The position numbers and the translations under genes are program-made. From the human T2T-CHM13v2.0 reference genome, Homo sapiens: a stretch of 64,000 nt of DNA. The stretch lies in NCBI RefSeq assembly GCF_009914755.1, contig NC_060928.1; one strand, written 5' to 3'. Positions 27,846-40,599 of the stretch are shown here, one piece after another. Under the pieces are notes generated by a model. The model saw only the letters and a program-made list of their open reading frames with translations, was not told the origin of the DNA and ran no database searches. The first letter of the stretch is position 1. Every line of letters starts with the position of its first letter.

Positions 27846-28223
27846 TATTTACATTTTATTGAATTAAGTTGAACTAATCGGTTGTCTTCATAAACAGGCT
27901 TCCCTTAATGCTGTGTGTCTTCATTTTCTCTTAGCACTCTCTCAAAGTAAACCAAAAATGTCTCCAAATATGTCATGTCTGAAACTATCATTCTTTCTCT
28001 GAACCCAAATATTCAATATGCCTTTATTGTTTTATGCTCTAAACTTAAATATACCACACTTGCTGACATAGTTATATAATAAATTTTTATGTAAAATTTC
28101 TGAAGCAAAGGGTATATGGATACATAATTTTAGCAGTATGATAGTTATTATGATAGTTATTAAAGTATAGATATGTATTAGGGCTATTATCTGTCATTAT
28201 TTTAATTGCCTTGATTTACATAT

Positions 28224-28281
28224 ATGAGTACAGACATTCTGTCCTCCTCCAATGAGTACAGACATTCTGTCCTCCTCCAAT
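28224..28281. repeat. Perfect 28-bp tandem duplication
   Basis: atgagtacagacattctgtcctcctcca occurs twice with no mismatch. Confidence 0.97.
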
Positions 28282-29518
28282 TCTCTAAAATATTATTTAT
28301 TTTAGATCTACAGTTAAAATTAATGACTTTTAAAAGTGCTTATATTAGAAGAGCCAAACTTTTGTTTCTCTCACTAGCATTTAAATGTATAAACAATACA
28401 AAACAAAACATAATAAATGACTCTAGAAATTCTGATGCGATTGTTTCCCACTTGTGGAAACCAGACTCCTACCAAGCTGCTTCTACGTTAGGACTGTGTG
28501 TATAGCCTCTTTCTTTGTTTGGACATATTGTAAATTCTCAGGACACCACAAAAAGCCATATTAAATATAAATATATAAAGCATATCATAAAACCAATTTA
28601 AATGAGTTTTACTTATGTAACTTTAGGGATTTATAGAACCACTTGTTTCTTTTAATGAGTTGGAAGAACTAAGATTTCACTAGACTCAAGATAGAAATAA
28701 GGGCCAACCAATCTGATAAGGGCAAAAGTAGAGGTCTTCCTGAGTTTGTCTCCAGATATATACCATTTAATTCAAGCAGATTTAAGAGTCATTTGAACTC
28801 AAGTCAAGATGAAAAGTAGAATTTATCAAGTACTGGCCTTCTGATTCTAAGTACAGAGACCTATCAATGTCTGTCTCTTGGCTACCCTTTTTGTAATAAA
28901 TGTAGGCTTGACGTATAATGAAAACCAGCTGAGTAGTTTAAGGTACAGATGACTTCTTTTCTTCTTATTCCAACTAAGATTGGTTTTACTCTTCATAATC
29001 TCTCACAGCTGCCAAAAATCCATTTTATCTTTGCATGAGGTGAAGTTTCCATTAACAACTATTAGAGTAGCAGAGGTCAGACATCCAGTGTCAGATGTGC
29101 TACTAAAAAGAATACTGAACAAAGAGTTTACCAAAAGGGTGTACAAATCAGTTCAGAATCTTTATAACTTATAAAAAGGCTTTACGCTTTCATATTTTCT
29201 CTTGCTTTTATGGTTCACAAGATAATTTCAGAAGAAAAAATAAAGGGGAATTTATGTATGAACTCAATTATGGTGACTGAAAAAAATTAATAGAGCTGGA
29301 TCTTGCCTCACAAAATTTTTCCCATTGCACAGCTGATACTTCCAGGCTACAAGCTGCAATGATATCTCTGGATGTAAACAAGGTTAGTGATTTCAACACT
29401 CGGTCATATTGGATGACTCTCTGGTTCAACTAATAATAGTCATCAAAGAAGGAAAAACAACTTTGATTTCTTACTTATTGAATTAAAAGCTAAAATAAAT
29501 GTGAAAAGTAAACTTTAA

Positions 29519-29542
29519 ATATATATATATATATATATATAT
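29519..29542. repeat. (AT)n microsatellite
   Basis: Read directly. Confidence 0.95.
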
Positions 29543-29594
29543 CTTTTATTGAAACTACCATCCATTAGGGGATATATACATAGGTAGACATTAT

Positions 29595-30610
29595 TTCATT
29601 GTGTTCATTCTTTTATTCTTTTGTTTATTCTAGCATATTAAATTCTATCCATTTAGTAATATTCATTGAGTGTCTACTACGTATCAGGCCTCCAAATTGG
29701 AATTTCTGGGAAATTTTCCAGGATTACTTCTAGAATTAAATTCCTTTTAATTATGATTCATGAACAACTTTTAAAAACAATAATCTTGAAATCATGGCAC
29801 AAAAATGGCAGCCAAGTGAAAAACAAATGGATAATTATCATATATTGTGATATGTGCTATGGCAGAGACATACAAAGTGTACTGTGGAGACATGTAGGAG
29901 GAACGTATAATTTAGACATGAGTTTTGGAGGTCAAATTAGCTTACACCAGCCAGAAAATTACTGTCATGAAGAATAAGCAAGTCTTAAAATGTTAGAAGA
30001 GTCTGTTAAGTAAAATGGCAAGAAGAATGGTGTTCTTAGTAAAGAATCACTAATACAAGGGTGTGTGTGTTTATGTATGTGTTTCATAAGAGAAAGAGAG
30101 AAACTGAAAGAACCTGACTGGAAGACTGAAGAGCACTGGACTCTAAATAGGAAAAAGTAGTGAGTGAAAGACACAAAGTGAGGAAGTGGGGTCAAATCAC
30201 AAAGAACCTTTCTTAGCAGTGTAGAGTTTGAAATAGAGTCATAAAGGCAAATTCAAGGATTTGGGGACAGGCTTATGACATAGTCATGTTTGCAATTTAG
30301 GGCTCATTGTGGCATAAATGTAGAAGATAATTTGTGGCTTCAGATAGATTACAGAAGATGGTCAAAGAGGCTGTCGTAAGTAACATGGATAAGGAATTAA
30401 AACTGTCTGAAGCCAGGCAATGGCAGACAGTGAAATTAAACAAGAAGAGACAATTTGAGAAATATTTAAAGATAAAATCAACAAGAAAGTGACAGAAAAT
30501 TTTGTGAGGAAACAATTCAAAAATGAGAATCAAAGAGGCTTGTCAATTTTGTGATGAGAACATTCCTCAATGGTGTTGTTATTCATGACATCAGGATATA
30601 CAAGAGGTTT
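29595..30610 (-). mobile_element. L2 fragments, degenerate
   Basis: ttcattc..tattcattgagtgtctactacgtatcaggc is an antisense L2 3' end, followed by purine-rich L2-like body. Confidence 0.55.
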
Positions 30611-30699
30611 GGTAAGTAATCAAAGATCAGTCATGCACTCAGCACTAAAATGATGTAGTGGGCAGATTACTTGCTTGACTGCCAGTACTCTCTCTATTT

Positions 30700-30995
30700 T
30701 CTAGTATTTGAAATACAATTCTTTCTTCAAATCCCAACTGAAGTATAGCACATTATTGAAAGCATGCCTGAAATCTTCCCACCACATTCTCAACACGACT
30801 CTCTTGTCTTTATCATAGCATTTACCCTGATATGACATGCATCCCAGCTTGTACCATATGCTTGTTTGGACAACTGGATTGTGAGCTTCTTATAGACATA
30901 ATACTTAAAAATTCATGTTTGAGACTCCACAATGCCTAGCAAAAAAACAAACCTTACGTATCATAAGCACTCAATAACCGTTTTCTGAATTGAAC
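30700..30995 (+). mobile_element. L2 3' end
   Basis: ctggattgtgagcttc..tgcctagca..aagcactcaataa..tgaattgaa. Confidence 0.6.
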
Positions 30996-32561
30996 CAAGA
31001 AATAATATTCTTCATCGAATTCCTTTAAAATGAAAACAATAGATGCTTTTGGTCCCACAGTTCAGTTGAAGGGAAGGTCATTTCTTGCCAGCAGGCTATG
31101 ACTGACTTTAATTAAATATTTTATACCATCCATCTGCTGCTGTGTACCATGTCTTTTAAAACACAGGAAGCATTAATCTGCAGATGAATGGTATAAAATA
31201 TTTTTACCATATTTTCTTCAGTTACAAGTAGAATATATGTGAACCATAATATTTTCTGCTCCATTCTAGAATCATAGAAGAATGCACAGTATCAATAGAC
31301 ACCTACAGTGAGAGTAATAATATGCATATGGTGCATTATAACATCCTTATGCTAGTTTCAAAAACTGAGAAAATAAAAAATAAAAAGTAGAGAATGTTAT
31401 GACTTAAATAATACAAGCATGAGCATTAAGTCAGGTCTTTAAAGGAAATATTTCACATGTGGGAAACATAAGTGAAAGCATTATGTGTTTCACTGTGCAG
31501 TAACCTCTTATCCTCCTTCATTTGGTTGACCTGTATCATAGCACTGTGGGTGTCCAATATTGCTCTCTAGATTGGAGTGACTGGAGGAAGGGAAGGCAGG
31601 CAATGTGTGAAGCAGGCAGCAACCTGTACTAAAGTCGAGGAAACAGGAATGGTGCAGCTCTTGCCATAACCTATGGTATAAGTGTTCATTGTTCCAGTTG
31701 TTAGAGTGGTTGATAAACACAGAATTGTCTAAAAAGTATCATGTTCAAACTATGAGAAAGTCGAGTGCAGAAGAGTTGAACAAGAAAACAAGCATGAAAT
31801 GGCTTTGGAGCTGGAGAATGACCAATTGTCTTCAGTTTACTGTTGATTCTTTCTTTTACTGGCAGGCAGGAGATGGTGGTGGAGATATCTTGGAGAGTTA
31901 AATGTACCATGAAAAATGTAGACTGAATCTTCTACCACTTCATCTCCCTACTCACACCTGGCTGGTGATGCTCACTTGGGAACAACTTACTTGTTCTTTA
32001 TTTTAGTAAGAAGTGAAATGATAGGTTTCTGTTGTGTGATCTGGGATTGATTTAAACTTTTGCAAATAATTTTAACCTGGCAATGAAGAGCTTTCCATAA
32101 AACAGCACCTAACATAACTAAGCCCTCTTTTTCCTAAAAGATTCTTTTCTTATTGTTGAAAATTTCTAAAATTTGCCTTTGCGATATCTTAGACCCTTTT
32201 CTCATCCTACGGTATTTGGCTATAGAATTTTACCCATATCCATCCTACCAATATCCATCTTTGAGATTTAAATTTGTGTAAGATGAACAAAACATTTGAT
32301 CTCTTAACTTGAAAAATTGAACGAGAATGTCAAATTTAAGTTTTGTATAACTTGATTTTTAAATGTTTTCCTTGCACATCCAGGCACAACTAAAGTTTTT
32401 TTATCTTCCCCATTTAAACAAATTGTAAATTTTTAATAGTCCAAAATACACCTTGTATCCTTACATACATTTATATCTGCATTAATACCACTCAAATTCA
32501 AACTGCCACCATTTCTCACCTGGACTATTTGAAAGAGCCTGCAAATTTCCTCTAGCTTTCC

Positions 32562-33071
32562 TGTATTAGTCAGGGTTCTCTAGAGGGTTCTCTAGGATAG
32601 ATGTATATATGAAGGGGAGTTTATTAAGGAGTGTTGACTCACAGAACAACTAGGTGAAGTCCCACAGTAGGCCATCTGCAAGCTGAGGAGCAAGGAAGCC
32701 AGTCCAAGTCCCAAAACCTCAAAAGTAGGGAAGCCTACAGTGTAGCCTTCAGTCTGTTGTCAAAGGCCTGAGAGGCCCTGACAAACCACTGGTGTAAGTC
32801 CAAGAGTCCAAAGGTGAAAAACTTGGAATCAGATGTTCAACATCAGGAAGCATCCAGCATGGGAAAAAGATGAAGGCTGGAAGACTGGTTTTTTCTAGCC
32901 GCACTGGCTGCTGATTAGATGGTGCTCACCAAGATTGAAGGTGGGTCTGCCTTTCCCAGTCCACTGACTCAAATGTGAATCTCCTTTAGCAACACCGTCA
33001 CAGACACACCCAAGTTTAGTACTTTGCATTCTTCAATCCAGTCAAGTTGACACTCAATATTAACCATCACA
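32562..33071 (-). mobile_element. 3' LTR, MLT2A2-like
   Basis: tgtattagtcagggttctctagaggg...aatattaaccatcaca; has the acctcaaaagtagggaagc block I associate with MLT2A2; about 35 bp shorter than the 5' LTR near 32888. Confidence 0.9.
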
Positions 33072-33385
33072 AGTCCACCTCTTGTCAACTTGAACCCATA
33101 CACATCTCCTGAAATCATATATAACCTTCAAATAAAGACAATAATGAGGTCAATTATGCCTAACATGGTACAGCTATCCTTTGTACAACCAAAAGTGCAC
33201 TAATCCTTAATCTAAATGATATTATGTAAAGTTAGCAACACTTAAATGCTGATATGAAGTCAGTAAATCTTATGTCACATGATATAGAAAAAAGAAAGGA
33301 AATAAAATGAGGATATTTTCTTATTACAAGTGTATACATGCACAAACATGTTTTTAATAAAATAAGGAAGAAATACTCCTAACAA

Positions 33386-34968
33386 TTACAGTCCTGGTTT
33401 CTGCAACTGGTCACATGTTGTAGAAACATCAGGTTGTACCTGGTATTGATGATTACCTACTTCTACTACCCATTTGGTGTTTCCTTTGCCCAAAGCAAGC
33501 ACCTCAGCAGGTCGTGGGTTTTTTTTGTTGTTGTTGTTTCCTGGTGGAGTGACCCAAACCTTCATTCCTGAAGGGTCTGGGCCATTTGGAGTCCTGCCTG
33601 GATTGGGCTGTTGTAGTTTCCCATTGACTTTAATCACAGGGGCATGATAATATGAAGTGATGCCCTAATGGATCTCCTGTATTGCATGCATAGTCTTACT
33701 TACCTCAATTGTAAAGTATTAGGCAGATTTCATCATGATACTCTGGGTCAACCACCCCAGGCAACACTGTGACTCCCTTCTCAGCCTGTTGACTTAAGAG
33801 GAGGATTGCAAAGTGTCTAGGTGGCAATCTTAACCTCCAGTGTAATGAAATCGTTGTCTCCTGGTGGCAGCATTCCTCCCTCTGGAACAAAGACTTCTAG
33901 GCCAGCTGAATGTAATGTTGTGAGAACAGGAGGCAAAAATTTTGTTAGTGGATCACTAGGGGTGATGGTGAGTGGTACCACTTCCACTTCCATCCCTTGA
34001 TTCCTGGACCCGCAAATCTTGGCTATGGGAGAAACAGTACTATATATTGGACAGTGATTCAGAGCATACATGGTCTTCTGGAGAACTTTGCCCCAGCCCT
34101 GAGAAGCATTGTCACCTACTTGGTGTTGTAATTGTGAATTCAAAAGGCCATGCCAGCATTCTATTAATCCAGCTGCTTCAGGATGATGGAGAACATGGTA
34201 AGGTCAATGAATTCCATGAGCATGAGTCCACTGCCACACTTCTTTAGCTGTAAAGTGAATGCCTTGGTCAGAGGCAATGCAGTGTGGAATACCATGACGA
34301 TGGGTAAGGCATTCTGTGAGTCCACAGATGGTAGTCTTGGGAGAAGCTCTGCATGCAGGATAAGCAAACCCGTATCTGGAGTAAGTGTCTAATTCTGGTG
34401 AGGACAAACTGCTGCCCATTCCATGATGTGGGAAGTCCAATATAATCACCTGCCACCAAGTAGCTGGCTGATCACCCTGAAGAATGGTGTCATATCTAGG
34501 GCTCACTGTTGGTCCCTGCTGCTGGCAAACTGGGCACTCAGCAGTGGCTGTAGTCATACCAGTCTTCTTGAGTGGAAGTCCACGTTGCTGAGCCCATGCA
34601 CGACTTCCATCTCTTCCATCATAGCCAGTTTGTTCATGGGCCCATTGGGCGGTGACAGGGGTGGCTGGGGAATGAGGCCGAGTGGTATCCACAGAACAGG
34701 TCATACTATCCACTTAATTATTAAAACCCTCCTCTGCTGAGGTCACCCGTTGGTGAGCACTCACATAGGATACAAATACCTTCACAGTTTTTGACAACTC
34801 AGAGAGGCCCATCCACATACCTCTTCCCCAAATTTCTTTGTCAATAATTTTCCAGTTATGCTTCTTCCAAGTCCCTGACCATACAGCCAAATCATTGGCT
34901 ATAGCCCATAAGTCAGTACATAATTGCATATCTGGCCTTCTCATCTTCCAAGCAAAGTGTACAACCAA
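33386..34968 (-). pseudogene. HERV-L RNase H / integrase / dUTPase remnants
   Basis: CTDLWAIANDLAVW..YVSAH (RNase H); WAHEQTGY..CPVC (degenerate HHCC zinc finger); DTYSRYGFAYP and IASDQGIHF (IN core); LRLPPRHF..GVTVLPGVVDPEY (dUTPase). Multiple frameshifts. Confidence 0.85.
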
Positions 34969-35266
34969 TTGTGCTGCTCAAAGTTCTGTCCACTGGGAGG
35001 ATTTCCCTTCGCCGTTGTCCTTCAGAGATGTCCTAGAAAGGGGCTTTAGTGCTGTAGCTGTCCACTGTCCACTTTTGGAAGGTGCCTGCATATCATGCAG
35101 AACCATCTGTAAACCAGTCCCTAGTCTTCTCTTCCTCTGTCAATTGACCACAGGGAATCGGTGCAGGCTGGGTGAGAGAAGGCAGGATGTCAGGAGTGAA
35201 GACCATAAGCATTTGAGCCACTTCTTTTCGTAACTTACTTGTGCGTTAGAACCTGCTCGAACAATC

Positions 35267-36956
35267 ATGAATATATCACTTCCATTTGATGATGGAATGC
35301 TGCTGTGCACACCCCAGTTTATGGCTAGATGGGCCAGAAAGCACCCAGTTCATGATAGTCAGCTCAGGTCACGTGGTGACTTCATGACCCATAGTCAAAC
35401 ATTCTGTTTCTACCAAAGCCCAGTAAAAGGCCAAGAGCTTTCTCTCAAAAGGAGAGTAGTTATCTGCAGAAGATGTCAGTGCCTTGCTCCAAAATCCTAG
35501 AGGCCTCCACTGTGATTCACCTATGGGGCTCTGCCAAAGACCTCAACCAGCATCTTTATCTGCCACTGACACCTCAAGCACCAGTGGATTTGCTGGGTCA
35601 TATGGCCCAAGTGGCAGGGCAGCTTGCACAGCAGCCTGGACCTGTTGCAGAGCCTTCTCTTGTTCTGGACCCCACTCAAAATTGGCAGCCTTTTGAGTCA
35701 CTCGATAAATGGGCCAGAGTAACACACCCAAATAAGGACTGTGTTGCCTCCAAAATCAAATAGCCCACTAAGTGTTGTGCCTCTTTCTTGGTTGTAGAAG
35801 GGGCCAAATGCAGCAACTTATCCTTCACCTTAGAAGGAATATTTCAATAGTCCCCACACCACTGGACCCCTAAAAATGTTACTGAGGTAGAAGTTCCTTG
35901 AATCCCTGGCATGTAAACATCTCACCAATAAGTCCAATGTGTTTGCTACTTCTCACTTACTGGATCCAATCAGCATAATGTCATCAATGTAATGAAACGG
36001 TGTTATATCTTGTGGAAGGGAAAAGTGAGCAAGATCTCTGTGAACAAGATTATGACACAAAACCAGAGAGTTGATGTACCCCTGAGGTAGGACAGTGAAG
36101 GGATATTGCTGGCCTTGCCAGGTGAAGGAAAATTGCTTCTGGTGGGCCTTATGGACATGAATGGAGAAAAAGGCACTTGCCAAATCAATGGCTGCATACC
36201 AGGTACCAGGAGGTGTGTTAATTTGCTTAAGCAATGAAATCACATCTGATACAGCAGCTGCGATTGGAATCACAACTTGGTTAAGCTTACAATAATTCAG
36301 CATCATTCTCCAAATTCCATCTGTCTTCTGCACAGGCCAAATAGGAGAATTGAACAGGAATGTGGTGGGAATCATGACCCTTGCATCTTTCAAGTCCTTG
36401 ATGGTGGCATTAATCTCTGCAATCCCGCCAGGGATGCAATATTGTTTCTGACTTACTATTTTTCTAGGTAGAGACAGTTCTAATGGCTTCTATTTGGCCT
36501 TTCCCACCATAATAGCCCTTACCCCGCCAGTCAGGGAGCCAATGTGGGGGTTCTTCCAGCTGCTAAGTATGTCTATGCCAATTATTCATTCTGGTACTGG
36601 GGAAATTACTACAGGATGAGTCTGGAGACCCAGCGGACCCACTGTAAGTCCTGAGCTAAAACTCCATTAATAACCTGACTTCCATAAGTCCCTGCTTTAA
36701 CTGGAGGACCACAATGATGTTTTGGGCCCCCTGGAATTAACATCAGCTCAGGGACAGTGTCCACTAGTCCCCAAAAGTTCTGATCATTCCTTTTTCCGCA
36801 GTGCACAGTTATCCTGGTAAAAGGCAGGAGGTCTCTTTGGGGAAGGATGGGAGAAAGGGTAACAGTATAAATTGCTGGTACTGTAGTGGGGTCTTTCCTC
36901 AAGGGGACCCAGTGTCCCCTTGATTTAAGGGGTTCTGGGTCTGTGAACTGGTCCAA
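35267..36956 (-). pseudogene. HERV-L protease and reverse transcriptase remnants
   Basis: GLVDTVPELMLIPG (protease, DTG changed to DTV); RT motifs PIWPVQK, IDLASAFFSI, VLPQGYINS and HYIDDIML within the 146-aa open segment 35953-36393; FEWGPEQEKAL connection region. Confidence 0.9.
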
Positions 36957-37559
36957 GTCTAGAAACTGAGTGGCCGTGATTCTCTGTAATTCAAATTAGT
37001 TTTTTTGTCCACTTTACCCAGGAGATTTTCTGCTTATACAAATTAAGTAAGAATGCAGTAGTCTTCCTACCAATTTTACTTCTATGAATACTGTGATTCA
37101 TTAGCCAATGACAGAGCTCTACATGAGTCAAACTATTCTGATTGCTGCTTTGTCTCTGCTGTACATTAGGATAACTATACCCACCTGGCCTTTGATGGTT
37201 GAGTGCTGCCACTTGTTCCCCACCACTTCGGGATCCAGTTAGTCCCATTGCATTTAAGTTCTTCAATTGTGTGACTGCAGTTCCCACTGTAAGATCTGGC
37301 ATATAGAGAAGAGCAATTACAGAGCTTTTCAAGGATGTAGGTGCTCCCCTCACAAATATGTTTTGCAAGGTATTGGTGAAGGGTATGTCTTCTGGGCCCT
37401 CCCAGCTGTCATCTACTTTAGCATTCCTATCTCCCTAAGCCTTTGGATCCCTTCCTCTACATTAAACCAAGGAAGATCAGGCATTTTCAGCTCACTCATA
37501 GTGGGCCATCTTTTGATCCATGTTTCAGCTAACCAAGAAAAGAAATTATTAGAACCTTG

Positions 37560-37846
37560 TTTTTTGAGATGGAGTTTCACTCTTGTTGCCCAACTGGAGT
37601 GCAATGGTGCCATCTCGGCTTACCACAACCTCCACCTTCCAGGTTCAAGCGATTCTCCTGCCTCAGCCTCCTGAGTAGCTGGGATTACAGGCATGTGCTA
37701 CCACGCCTGCCTAATTTTTGTATTTTTAGTAGAGATGGGGTTTCTCCATGTGGGTCAGGCTGGTCTCGAACTCCTGACCTCAGGTGATCCACCTGCCCCG
37801 GCCTCCCAAGTGCTGGGATTACAGGTGTCAGCCACCGCGTCTGGCC
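37560..37846 (-). mobile_element. AluSp inserted in HERV-L gag
   Basis: gagtttcactcttgttgccc, gtgcaatgg and gtttctccatg..ggtcagg are AluSp/Sq diagnostics. Confidence 0.9.
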
Positions 37847-38669
37847 AAAATCTTTTTTTTTTTACTCCCTAAACTGCAACATTAAATGTAGAATCCCTGC
37901 TTAGTGGGCCAATATTAATAAATTCAGCCTTCTCCAACTTTATGCTCCTTCCACCATTATCCCTCACCCGTAATATCCGTTCCTATGCCTGTTCTCCAGA
38001 TTTCTACTTATATAAATTAGAAAACCCTAGCAGTTCATTTGGAGTGCAGTGCACTTCCTCATGTGTCACACTCTGAATCTCACCTTTAGGGGCCTGTCAT
38101 GACTTGAGTCTAGTTATAGGTCTAGATGAAAACAGAGGTGTTGGGTGTGGGTTTTGAGAAGGATCAGCATTGTCTGGCCTGGCAACTGCCTCAGGGGAGG
38201 TCAACCCTGTTGCCTCAGGCAGTACATGGTTAATCTCCTCAGACAAAGGTGGAAAGGCTGATGGCAGTGTGGGTAGGAGAGGGGATGTTGCCACCACTGG
38301 AAGTGAGGAGACTGTTTCCTCTGGCCAAAAAAAAAAAAAAACCTTATCAGAATTTAGGAGCTTATTGTCCCCAGCCTCATTAGGGTTTTACCACATGTCC
38401 CCATTCCAAGTTGCAGAGTCCCATTTTTTTTCCAATCAATGCCTTCACTTTAATAGTAGACACCTGACAAGGCTGAGCATGCACCTTTTGTTGCAGGTCA
38501 GTCACTCATATAAAAAGAGCTTGTGTCTGATTTTCCACAATTTTAGTCCTTTATCTACAGGAGATAAGACTCTCTCACTCAGGACAATCTTAGAAGATTT
38601 GAGGCTTAGTATGTGCTTCTGAGGCCAGGAATTAAGAGTCCCCGAGCTCATTATTTTCCTTCATCACTT

Positions 38670-39367
38670 TGAAACTGCCTTTGCAAAAATTATAACTGAA
38701 AACATTTTGTCAGTGAAAGAAATCAGACCTAACTGAGGCCATCTTCCTTCTAACCTCTAAACTGTCTTTGTTCACTCCATAGTGTAGGCCGAACTAGCCT
38801 TGGGGAGGAATTTCATTTAGTTCAAACTCTGAAACAAAATGGATAATAGCCCTTTCCTGAAAAATCCCTTCTTGCCTGGGGACCAGTCTGCTTTGTAGGA
38901 CTAACAAACTAGCTACAAGATTAGAAATTAAAGTTTAGGGGCCATGCAGCCTCTGGCTGCAAGAGTCTGAACCTCCCCAAAATTCCCGGGAGTAACATCA
39001 CTATTTAAGATCAGTGTTTGAGATATTTTGCAGACCCTGCATTCCGATGCTGCAGATGACACCACCCAGACCGATAATCCAGCTCAACCAGTTCTGCGAT
39101 CCCACCCAGGAACAGAAGCAAGCAAAAAGAACTCACTTCGACCCCAACCAATCAATAAGCCCTACTTTCTGAGCCCATACCCGCCAAATGATCCTTCAAC
39201 ACTCTGATCCCTGAATGCTCAGGGAGACTGATTTGAGTGATAATAAAACTCTGGTCTCCCACACAGCCAGCTCTGTGTGAATTACTCTTTCTCCATTGCA
39301 ATTCCTCTGTCTTGATAAGTCAGTTCTTTCTAGGCAGCGGGAAAGGTGAACCCATTGGGCGGTTACA
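38670..39367 (+). mobile_element. Solo LTR8/LTR8A (ERV1 class), antisense within HERV-L gag
   Basis: tgaaactgcctttgcaaaa...cattgggcggttaca, AATAAA near 39242, and 4-bp TSD actt (38666-38669 and 39368-39371). Confidence 0.9.
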
Positions 39368-39689
39368 ACTTTATCCAGCAAACTTAGGAGCAACCAACCA
39401 ACTTCATTACATTCCTTGGTTCTCCACATATGGTCAAAGGTACTATGTGCAGAGTCACTAATTCCTTGCTTCTCAAGAGCGGTGAATCAGGAGTAGCAAT
39501 GTATTTATTTTGCATACTATACAGTTCACCCCAAAGAGTATCAGTGTTCTTTATACTATTAGAAGTAGAGTTCTTAGCATTTGGGGGTCTCATCAAATTA
39601 AGCAGCCAACTCCATAAACCCCAAAACCAACTAAAGAAATCCATCCTTAAAATTCTGTAACCACTAGAATCACTCCTAGTACCAAAATT

Positions 39690-40237
39690 GGCATTAGTCA
39701 GCGTTCTCTAGAGGGACAGAACTAATAGGAGAGATGTATAGATTAGGGGAGTTTACTAAGGAGTATTGACCCATGCGATCACATGGTGAAGTCCCACAGT
39801 AGGACATCTGCAAGCTGAGGAGCAAGGAAACCAGTCCAAGTCTCAAAACCTCAAAAGTAGGGAAGCTGACAGTACAGTCTTCAGTCCGTGGCCAAAAGCC
39901 CAAAAGCCCATGGCAAACCACTGGTATTTAAGTCCAAGAGTGCAAAAGCTGAAGAACTTGGAGTTCAGTGTTCAAAGGCAGGAAGCATCCAGCACAGGAG
40001 AAAGATGAAGGCTTGGAAGCCTCAGCAAGTTTGCTCTTTCCACCTTCTGCCTGCTTTTTTCTAGCTGTGCTGGCAGTTGATTAGATGATGCCCACCAAGA
40101 CTGAGGGTGGGTCTGCCTTTCCCAGTCCACTCACTCAAATGTTAATCTCCTTTGGCAACACCCTCACAGACACACCCAGGAACAATACTTTGAACCCTTC
40201 AATCCAATCAGCTTGACACTCAATATTAACCATCACA
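39690..40237 (-). mobile_element. 5' LTR, MLT2A2-like
   Basis: Collinear with 32562-33071; followed on the minus strand by aattttggtactaggagtg, the HERV-L PBS region. Confidence 0.9.
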
Positions 40238-40599
40238 TTTCCCTTTTACCTGGCTATATCCACATCTCTTTATTTTCCTTATAACAGTAAAAATGAAAAT
40301 TGAAAATGATAAATCATATGTTGTCACTATTCTGTTTATAATTCTTTAGTTTCTTTATATCTCTTTACATTTAAAATTATTTTGAATCAAATACCCCCAG
40401 TTCATTCTACTTGGTCATTGAGTACCCACCACACTGGGCTTATATCAGCTCATAGGACACTCCACACTCTTTTCAGCTCATAAATTTTGTAAATGCTTTT
40501 TGCACATGTTATTTTTCTTGCCTAGAATGTGCTCTTCCTACTCTTTTTTTTGTTTGTTTTGAATATAGAATTCCAAAAACTTCTTTATTTTTCCATGAT

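Larger units (their letters stand above)
36991..39644 (-). pseudogene. HERV-L gag remnant, split by an AluSp and an LTR8
   Basis: FWGLWSWLLNLMRPPNAKNS, GWLLLSLLDKV|MKENNEL when rejoined across LTR8, [27 protein letters not shown]. Confidence 0.85.
32562..40237 (-). mobile_element. HERV-L provirus (LTR-gag-pro/pol-dUTPase-LTR, no env), decayed
   Basis: Paired MLT2A-type LTRs, perfect TSD tttcc (32557-32561 and 40238-40242), PBS region next to the 5' LTR, PPT-like gacaagaggtggact before the 3' LTR, and gag/pol/dUTPase remnants. Confidence 0.95.

Noticed and set aside
33072-33385. Possible env remnant before the HERV-L 3' LTR
   Set aside because: About 300 bp, AT-rich, with no ORF or transmembrane/fusion features; HERV-L lacks env.
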